Of a DNA stretch of 64,000 nt, positions 28,983-35,097 are shown piece by piece. The notes beneath the pieces were generated by a model, which was not told where the DNA came from, did no database searches, and worked only from the letters and a program-made list of their open reading frames with translations. Within the stretch, counting starts at the first letter, position 1, and each line of letters opens with the position of its first letter. A program made the position numbers and the translations under genes. Origin of the DNA: Candidatus Desulfobia pelagia (GTDB lineage: Bacteria > Desulfobacterota > Desulfobulbia > Desulfobulbales > SURF-16); contig JACNJZ010000093.1 of NCBI GenBank assembly GCA_014382295.1, forward strand, positions 570-64,569, in the 5' to 3' direction.

Positions 28983-29318
28983 ATGAATACAAAAGAGCTG
29001 AAAAAAATGCTGGCCAGTGTGGGTATTGCTGGCTTGCTTACAGGGTTGCCGCTCACCAGTGGAACTGCCATAGGCGGCAGTGGCTGAGGAGCTAAAGATG
29101 ACAGCGCCGTGAGCGCTGAAAAAGCAGAAAAACACACCGGCGGCAGTGGTTGAGGCGCCAAGAAAGAAGGTGCCGTGAGCACCGATGAAGAAGAGCACGA
29201 AGAAGAAAAAGAAGCCGGCGGTAGTGGCTGAGGCGCTAAAAAAGAAGGTGCCGTGAGCACCGACGACAAAGATAAAGAGGAAGAGCCTGGCTCAAGCGGC
29301 TGAGGCGGAAACAAGTAA
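28983..29318 (+). CDS. Candidate multi-core selenocysteine RiPP precursor (SbtA-like), 111 codons with four in-frame UGA (Sec) codons
   Basis: AAGGAGG at 28970-28976, ATG at 28983 and TAA at 29316-29318. In-frame TGAs at 29085, 29151, 29229 and 29301 each sit in a G-(G/S)-S-G-[TGA]-G-(A/G) context. Each is followed at +15 nt by a hairpin. The N-terminus is hydrophobic and leader-like. It is on the same strand as a radical SAM/SPASM gene, 51 nt upstream of it. Confidence 0.6.
29103..29117 (+). promoter_or_regulatory. SECIS-like hairpin 1
   Basis: AGCGC-CGTGA-GCGCT starts 15 nt after TGA 29085-29087. The 5-nt loop has G at position 2. Confidence 0.55.
29169..29183 (+). promoter_or_regulatory. 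SECIS-like hairpin 2
   Basis: GGTGC-CGTGA-GCACC starts 15 nt after TGA 29151-29153. The stem differs from hairpin 1 by two compensatory base-pair changes. Confidence 0.55.
29247..29261 (+). promoter_or_regulatory. SECIS-like hairpin 3
   Basis: GGTGC-CGTGA-GCACC starts 15 nt after TGA 29229-29231. Confidence 0.55.
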
Positions 29319-29335
29319 CAGTGCAGTTTGCACTG
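29319..29335 (+). promoter_or_regulatory. SECIS-like hairpin 4 (outside the coding frame; could also act as an attenuator)
   Basis: CAGTGC-AGTTT-GCACTG starts 15 nt after TGA 29301-29303 and immediately after the TAA stop. The sequence is unrelated to hairpins 1-3, but the offset is the same and the loop also contains GU. Confidence 0.5.
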
Positions 29336-29369
29336 AATATTTTACCAGTCCCGGGTAATTGTTAGTATC

Positions 29370-30968
29370 ATGACTTCACACTGGCCCTGTCAACCGGAAG
29401 AAATTTTTGCAGCGACTCATTGCTATATCGATCCCGGCTGCTGGGCCAGAATTTTTTCATCCGCTGAAGACCTTCCCTCTCCGGAGCAGTTTCCGGAAAT
29501 TCTCAGAAGACACTGTGCACAAGTAAACCTTCCTTCATTTCTGCCGGATCTCTCCCGGTTGGAGTTACTCCTCTTTCAGGCATCGCAGAGCACAGAGAAG
29601 ATTCCTGACAGCGTTGAAAAACTCTGTGTTAATCCCTCGTTGCATCTGCTTCGGCTTTCCTGGTCAAATCTCCTGAGGATTGTAAAGGAGCGCCCTGGCA
29701 ACCCGGAAAAGTTTCTCAGGCAGGAGCCTGAATTTATCGTTATCTGGCGTGATAAGGTAAAAAACGTTATCCGGAAAAAAACAGCGTCAGACACAGATAT
29801 CCTTGCTTTGAAAGTTATACTCGAAGAACTGTCAGTCGAGGATGTGGCCGCTGAAGGCGGAGTCGCTGTTGGCGTTATTGACCGTGCGGTTGGCCGGGCA
29901 GTGAGGCAGGGCATATTGCTTCGACCTTCCTCATTGCTACAAAGGGATGCGGATTTCCCCAGGGGTGAAAATATTGATGAGCGTTTTTTCTCATCATCTG
30001 TTTTTACGCTGCAGTGGCATATTACCCAGGCCTGTGATCTTCATTGTCGTCACTGTTATGACCGGAGCAGCAGGACAGCCCTTTCCCTTGAGAAAGGGTT
30101 GGCTCTTCTCGATGATTTCCGGTCATTCTGTCTGGAAAGAAATGTCCGGGGGCAGATTTCCTTTACCGGAGGAAACCCCCTCCTGCATCCTCATTTCTTA
30201 GAATTTTACCAGGCGGCGGCAGATCGCAATCTCATGACGGCGATTCTGGGAAATCCCTGTTCGCGAGAAAAATTAGAGGAAATCTGTGCCATACAGCATC
30301 CTGTTTTTTATCAGGTGAGCTTGGAGGGACTTGCTCCCCACAATGATTATATCAGGGGAGAGGGCCATTTTGAGCGAATCATCTCTTTCCTGGAAGAGCT
30401 CAAGAAGCTTAAAATATACTCCATGGTGATGCTGACCCTGACCCGTGCCAATATGGATCAGGTCTTTGCATTGGCCGACTATCTCCGCGACAAGGTCGAT
30501 CTTTTTACTTATAATCGGCTGGCCATGGTGGGAGAGGGCGCACAGCTTCTTTCTGTCCAGCAGGATGAATATAAGGTTTTTCTGAAAGAATATCTCAAGG
30601 AAGCTTCAGAAAATCCTGTGATCAGTTTGAAAGATAACCTTTTGAACCTGACCCGTTTTGAACAGGGAAAGGCGTTATTCGGAGGATGTGCCGGACATGG
30701 ATGCGGCGCGGCTTTTAATTTTATTGCCGCACTCCCCGATGGTGAAGTACATGCCTGCCGTAAACTTCCTTCCCAGATCGGCAATTTTTTTGAGCATTCA
30801 ATCGCCGCAATATATGACGGCGAGGAGGCGAGGAAATACCGGCATGGCGCCTCATCCTGTCGATCCTGTTCAATCCGCCCTGTCTGTGGAGGATGCCCGG
30901 CAGTCGTCTATGGTTTTGGCCTGGACGTATTCACCGACCGGGATCCATATTGTTACCTGAAGAGTTGA
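29370..30968 (+). CDS. sbtM: Radical SAM/SPASM peptide maturase, selenobiotic (SbtM-like) family candidate, with an N-terminal extension of about 200 aa
   Basis: 532 aa. CDLHCRHC (CX3CX2C) at 30033-30056, FTGGNPLL, and a C-terminal auxiliary-cluster motif CRSCSIRPVCGGC at 30858-30896 plus CAGHGCGAAF...HACRKL. It is immediately downstream of the UGA-containing peptide gene. The radical SAM/SPASM call is firm. The SbtM family assignment rests on context. Confidence 0.8.
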   Translation: MTSHWPCQPEEIFAATHCYIDPGCWARIFSSAEDLPSPEQFPEILRRHCAQVNLPSFLPDLSRLELLLFQASQSTEKIPDSVEKLCVNPSLHLLRLSWSNLLRIVKERPGNPEKFLRQEPEFIVIWRDKVKNVIRKKTASDTDILALKVILEELSVEDVAAEGGVAVGVIDRAVGRAVRQGILLRPSSLLQRDADFPRGENIDERFFSSSVFTLQWHITQACDLHCRHCYDRSSRTALSLEKGLALLDDFRSFCLERNVRGQISFTGGNPLLHPHFLEFYQAAADRNLMTAILGNPCSREKLEEICAIQHPVFYQVSLEGLAPHNDYIRGEGHFERIISFLEELKKLKIYSMVMLTLTRANMDQVFALADYLRDKVDLFTYNRLAMVGEGAQLLSVQQDEYKVFLKEYLKEASENPVISLKDNLLNLTRFEQGKALFGGCAGHGCGAAFNFIAALPDGEVHACRKLPSQIGNFFEHSIAAIYDGEEARKYRHGASSCRSCSIRPVCGGCPAVVYGFGLDVFTDRDPYCYLKS

Positions 30969-31042
30969 TGTGAATATCTACCACTCCAAAGTATAAACAT
31001 CGCGAAAAATACGAGGGTCACTAAGAAAGCCCTGTATTTAAT

Positions 31043-31070
31043 ATCTTCGTGCACTTCGTGTTCTTCGTGG
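31043..31070. repeat. Three tandem CTTCGTG-containing 9-nt words forming the right arm of an imperfect long hairpin
   Basis: atCTTCGTGcaCTTCGTGttCTTCGTGg. The left arm (about 30998-31016, CGCGAAAAATACGAGGG) pairs with it using G-U wobbles on the + strand RNA only. It lies 3' of the maturase gene. Confidence 0.45.
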
Positions 31071-31130
31071 TAAAATCTCTTTTCTCAAAGAGTTATTTCC
31101 TGAAAGTTCATCCCGGGATTTTTTCTTGTC

Positions 31131-32090
31131 ATGAAAATAGGTATCATAGGCGCAGGGAAACATGGTTCCCGGTATGCCCGTCATATTATAGAGGATTTTC
31201 CTGAACTGGAACTGGCTGCTATTTCCAGGAGGTCTCCGCAAGGTATCGAGCAAGCCGGGAAGTGGAATTGCCGTTATTTTTCGGATTGGCGGGATCTGGT
31301 TGCTGCGAAGGCAGTTGATGCGATTATATCTGTTGTGCCGCCTACTCTGAATCTTGATATTGCCAGGGCATGCGCCTTTGCAGAGAAGGCCCTTCTCCTC
31401 GAGAAGCCCCTTGCCGTGGAGAGAGATGCCGGTGAAGAAATTGTCGCACTGTTTCAAGAGTCCCGGGTTCCCCTCACGGTCGCCCAGACATTGCGATATA
31501 ACAGTGTGATAAAGGGGCTGAAGGAAAATATTCATCGCCCGGGGAAATTATACAGCTTTTCCGCCAGTCACAGATTGGAGCCTTCAACCTTGAAATGGCT
31601 CGAAGACCCCGAGAAGGCAGGGGCAGGAGTCATTCTCCATACCGCAGTCCATATGTTTGATGCTCTTCGTTATATTACAGGGTCTGATATTGTACGAGTA
31701 AGAGCAAGCCGTTTTCAAATCCATAATTCTCATCTTGAAGATCTTTTTACAGCCCAGGTCGAGATGGAGAATGGTCTGATTGGAACGGTGGATTCAAGCA
31801 AGGTGGGAAAGGCGCGAACCGGCCGTTATGAATTTGTTGGTGCCCAGGGCGAACTTCATGCCGATCAGATACACGGGCGCCTGGAGTTTATCCACCATGG
31901 AGACATAGAGTCATTGGAACATGAAGGACTTGGTGGTACTATTGTTCCTCTTCTGGAGGATTGGATAGCTTATATTAAGCATGGAAGCCCTAATCCCGTT
32001 CCGGGAGTTGAAGGTCTGGCTGCGCTGCGGGCCTGCTCGGCATGCCTTGAGTCGGCTCGGAAAGATGACTGGGTGGATATTCACCCATAG
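31131..32090 (+). CDS. Gfo/Idh/MocA family NAD(P)-dependent oxidoreductase
   Basis: 319 aa. Rossmann N-terminus MKIGIIGAGKHGSRYARH and the EKPLA motif (LLLEKPLAVE). Confidence 0.8.
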   Translation: MKIGIIGAGKHGSRYARHIIEDFPELELAAISRRSPQGIEQAGKWNCRYFSDWRDLVAAKAVDAIISVVPPTLNLDIARACAFAEKALLLEKPLAVERDAGEEIVALFQESRVPLTVAQTLRYNSVIKGLKENIHRPGKLYSFSASHRLEPSTLKWLEDPEKAGAGVILHTAVHMFDALRYITGSDIVRVRASRFQIHNSHLEDLFTAQVEMENGLIGTVDSSKVGKARTGRYEFVGAQGELHADQIHGRLEFIHHGDIESLEHEGLGGTIVPLLEDWIAYIKHGSPNPVPGVEGLAALRACSACLESARKDDWVDIHP

Positions 32091-32175
32091 TGTTTCTTTC
32101 CTGACAACCTGTCGATATTGTTTTATGGTTTTTCTCTGTTGAGAGAAATAAAAGAGATGGAAAGTAACGGATGGA

Positions 32176-33288
32176 ATGTATATGAATACAACAGAAATGA
32201 ACGAATCAAAAAATCAAGCACGTGTCCCGGTTCTGGCCGAAGAACTCGTTGAACAGGCACAAGCTGCGGCATTGAAGCAGACCGCTGACTATGCTCCGGG
32301 AGAACGTGAAGAACTCATTGCCCGGATAAAGTCACTGCTGTTGAAACAGGATGCAGTGCTTGTCGCCCATTATTATACGTCACCAGAGCTGCAGCAGCTT
32401 GCTGAAGAAACCGGCGGTTTCGTTGCCGATTCTCTGGAAATGGCCCGTTTTGGGAATGAGCATCCTGCCACCACCCTGATTGTTGCCGGTGTACGTTTTA
32501 TGGGCGAGACGGCTAAAATTCTGAACCCTGAAAAACGGGTTCTGATGCCGGACCCTGCGGCAACCTGTTCCCTTGACCTTGAATGTCCTGTGGATGCATT
32601 CTCGCAGTTCTGTGATGAGCATCCTGATCATACCGTTGTTGTGTATGCAAACACCAGCGCCGAGGTTAAGGCTCGGGCTGACTGGGTGGTTACTTCCGGG
32701 ATAGCCCTGCCGATTGTTGAGTATCTTGCCGGGCAGAAACAAAGAGTTCTCTGGGCACCGGACAAACATCTTGGTTCTTACGTACAAAAAAGTACAGGGG
32801 TGGAAATGCTCATCTGGCAGGGGAGCTGTGTTATTCACGAGAGGTTTACTGCAGACGGTATTAAGAATCTCAAATTGAAATATCCTGGAGCGGCAGTATT
32901 GGTCCATCCGGAATCCCCTGCTGAAGTGATTGAGGTTGCAGATGTAGTTGGTTCGACGACAGCCCTTATCAATGCAAGTAAGACCATGGATGTACAAGAA
33001 TTTATTGTCGCAACCGAGCCGGGTATTTTTTACAAAATGAAGCAGGCCTCTCCTGGGAAAATATTCCTTGAGGCACCGACAGGAGGGATAAGCGCGACCT
33101 GTGAGAGCTGTATGCGATGCCCCTGGATGGCTATGAACGGCCTGCGGAACCTGGCCGAAGTTTTGGAAAATGTGAACAACGAAATCTTTGTTGAGGAGGA
33201 TATTCGCCGGAAGGCATTAATTCCCCTGCAAAGAATGATGGATTTTGCCAAGAAGAGACCTTCCCTGAAAGTAAAGGGCAACGCCTGA
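32176..33288 (+). CDS. nadA: Quinolinate synthase
   Basis: 370 aa. [43 protein letters not shown], and Cys ligands including [10 protein letters not shown]. The exact start is uncertain (32176 or 32182). Confidence 0.9.
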   Translation: MYMNTTEMNESKNQARVPVLAEELVEQAQAAALKQTADYAPGEREELIARIKSLLLKQDAVLVAHYYTSPELQQLAEETGGFVADSLEMARFGNEHPATTLIVAGVRFMGETAKILNPEKRVLMPDPAATCSLDLECPVDAFSQFCDEHPDHTVVVYANTSAEVKARADWVVTSGIALPIVEYLAGQKQRVLWAPDKHLGSYVQKSTGVEMLIWQGSCVIHERFTADGIKNLKLKYPGAAVLVHPESPAEVIEVADVVGSTTALINASKTMDVQEFIVATEPGIFYKMKQASPGKIFLEAPTGGISATCESCMRCPWMAMNGLRNLAEVLENVNNEIFVEEDIRRKALIPLQRMMDFAKKRPSLKVKGNA

Positions 33289-33311
33289 TATAAAGGAATT
33301 CCTTAATAGTA

Positions 33312-34199
33312 ATGCAGACTCATTATCTTAAATATTTTGTCGGATTATCCCTGGCAGCAGTTCTTGTTCTGCCGTCATACCTTTATGTGTCTGTGTCTCC
33401 TCAATTCAAGGCTCTTATCATTGAGAATATGGAAAGGGAGGCTTCGCGGGTTTCAACGCATCTTGTCTCAATGTATTCGCTGAAGGGGAAAAAGGAAATT
33501 AATCGGGATAGTTGGGAAATGCTGGCAAAATATGACAAGGAAATCAGGGAAGAATTTCAGATTGAGAAAATTAAGCTCTTTCTTGCCAGTGGAGAGATTG
33601 TTTTTTCTTCGAACCAGAAGGATATTGGAATAATTAATCAGAAAAGCTACTTCAGGGATGTTGTCGCCAAAGGACAGAAATATACCAAGGTCGTAAAAAA
33701 AGATCATAAAACTGCGGAAGACAGGATTGTGCAGGTTGATGTCCTTGAAATATATGTACCAATACTTCAGGGTAATGAATTTGTTGGGGCTTTTGAGATT
33801 TATTACGATATTACAGAGGCGAATGTCCGGCTTGATTCCTTGCTGATGCAGGTATATTTTGTTCTCCTCTGTGTCTCCGGAACGTTACTTCTTGCTCTGT
33901 TTATTATTTTTGACAGGGCGAGCAAGAGTCTGGCCAAGCGGAAAAAGGCTGATACCGGAAGAGAAAAACTGATAACCGACCTTCAGGAGGCCTTAAAAGA
34001 AATTAAGGCTCTTCAGGGGATCCTTCCCATTTGTTCATTTTGCAAACAGATCAGGGATGATGAGGGGTATTGGCAGCAGGTCGATCATTATATAGGCGAG
34101 CATTCCGATGCCCAGTTTAGTCATTCCATCTGCCCCCAGTGCATGAAAGAAAATTACCCGGATTTCGCTGATCCAGAAGGGGAATCTGAGAAAGAATAA
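33312..34199 (+). CDS. Membrane sensor-like protein with periplasmic domain and C-terminal four-Cys module (no canonical output domain)
   Basis: 295 aa. TM1 is near the N-terminus, followed by an extracytoplasmic region of about 150 aa and TM2 (VYFVLLCVSGTLLLALFIIF). A coiled coil is followed by ILPICSFCKQIRDDEGYWQQVDHYIGEHSDAQFSHSICPQCMKENYPDF. Confidence 0.6.
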   Translation: MQTHYLKYFVGLSLAAVLVLPSYLYVSVSPQFKALIIENMEREASRVSTHLVSMYSLKGKKEINRDSWEMLAKYDKEIREEFQIEKIKLFLASGEIVFSSNQKDIGIINQKSYFRDVVAKGQKYTKVVKKDHKTAEDRIVQVDVLEIYVPILQGNEFVGAFEIYYDITEANVRLDSLLMQVYFVLLCVSGTLLLALFIIFDRASKSLAKRKKADTGREKLITDLQEALKEIKALQGILPICSFCKQIRDDEGYWQQVDHYIGEHSDAQFSHSICPQCMKENYPDFADPEGESEKE

Positions 34200-34214
34200 C
34201 CTTTTTACTTTTTT

Positions 34215-34275
34215 GCCACGGAACCCACTGAAAACACAGAAATGTTTTTTGGGTTTTTCCGTGGTATTCTGTGGC
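34215..34275. repeat. Imperfect long hairpin whose arms are 9-nt tandem words (CCACNGAA)
   Basis: GCCACGGAA-CCCACTGAA-AACACAGAA ... TTTTCCGTGG-TATTCTGTGGC. The outer 9 bp include a G-U wobble valid only for the + strand RNA. It sits between convergent genes. Confidence 0.55.
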
Positions 34276-34278
34276 CGA

Positions 34279-35097
34279 CTAGATCAGTTCACTGCTTCGT
34301 GCCGGAATCCAGCACTGGCGACCATCCTGAAGTTCAATGTGCAGCCATGATCCACGTTTTTCCAGGAGATGAAATTCTGTTCCGCTATGGAGCGGGGCAA
34401 TAAAGCTCGACTGGTATGAACGGCTATCCCCTTTTCTGGCAATGACTTCCCTGTCTGTGATAACTCCGGCCGCCTCTTCCACTCCATAACGGGAAAGGAA
34501 GAGCGATGAGGCAAAAAGAAATGCAATGGCCGCAAAAGGCGCAAGGGTCCAGGCTGAAACTCTCCATGGGGAAAGAAAGATCATCCCGGCAGCAATCCAG
34601 AAGGAAATATAGCTGCCAATAAAGATGGCTGCCCTGATATCCTGGGCAAGATCATAGTGCCAGAAAAACAGAGTTCGCAGCAGGGTCTCCTCTTGTTGTG
34701 GTGCAATGGCATCCTGACGCTTTCCAAGCACATAGTCCAGGTTGTGCCGGAGGTTCGGGTCTCCGGGAATGTGTTTTTCAGCCCTTCGATAGTTGACAAT
34801 GGCCCGGCCAATATCCCCCATACGAAAGTAGGTGTTGCCGATATTGTAGTAGATGTTTCCGCTGGGGACGTCTCTGCTTATTTTCTGGTAACGAAGCAGG
34901 GCTTTTTCGTAGAGTTTTTCGGCCTCCTCCGGGTTGTCATTTTCATTTGCCTGGTGAAACAGGGCTGCGGCCTCCTGCATCAGATCCTGGATCTCCGGAG
35001 TAATGATCGGATGTTCTGCGTGTGCAACAAGGGAGTGGTTGAAAAGGCAGAGCAGAAACAGGAAAAGAAAAGACCTGGCAAGTGTCAACGCTGTCAT
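34279..35097 (-). CDS. BatE-like TPR / SH3b membrane protein
   Basis: 272 aa. Signal peptide, TPR region (NIYYNIGNTYFRMGDIGRAIVNY), TM helices and a C-terminal SH3-like WLHIELQDGRQCWIP. It is the last gene of the Bat operon, and its start overlaps the batD stop. Confidence 0.65.
   Translation of the reverse strand: MTALTLARSFLFLFLLCLFNHSLVAHAEHPIITPEIQDLMQEAAALFHQANENDNPEEAEKLYEKALLRYQKISRDVPSGNIYYNIGNTYFRMGDIGRAIVNYRRAEKHIPGDPNLRHNLDYVLGKRQDAIAPQQEETLLRTLFFWHYDLAQDIRAAIFIGSYISFWIAAGMIFLSPWRVSAWTLAPFAAIAFLFASSLFLSRYGVEEAAGVITDREVIARKGDSRSYQSSFIAPLHSGTEFHLLEKRGSWLHIELQDGRQCWIPARSSELI

Noticed and set aside
28983-29087. Alternative reading in which the first TGA (29085) is a genuine stop, giving a 34-aa peptide, with the downstream repeats non-coding.
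   Set aside because: This is not fully excluded, but I disfavour it. The downstream sequence stays in frame through three more TGAs, with spacings in multiples of three. It has no other stop, the same GGSG-TGA-GA context each time, and a hairpin at a fixed +15 offset. Non-coding repeats would not need to preserve frame.
28892-29314. 140-aa ORF on the minus strand covering the repeat region (MFPPQPLEPGSSSLSL...APSFLAPQPLPP repeats).
   Set aside because: It is the antisense shadow of the repeated + strand modules. It is a Pro/Ser/Leu low-complexity sequence with no RBS upstream of 29314 and no functional partner on that strand. The + strand reading has a perfect RBS, a leader-like N-terminus, periodic UGA/hairpin pairs and a co-directional maturase.
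28983-29318. TGA reassigned to Trp or Gly (alternative genetic code) as the explanation for the in-frame TGAs.
   Set aside because: Well-supported genes in the same window end on TGA (for example 12967-12969 and 18947-18949), and no other conserved protein here needs TGA read-through.
31038-31535. 165-aa minus-strand ORF between the maturase and nadA, considered as a possible extra member of the RiPP cluster.
   Set aside because: It is antisense to the Gfo/Idh/MocA oxidoreductase gene, which has a clear Rossmann motif. It has no motif or RBS of its own.
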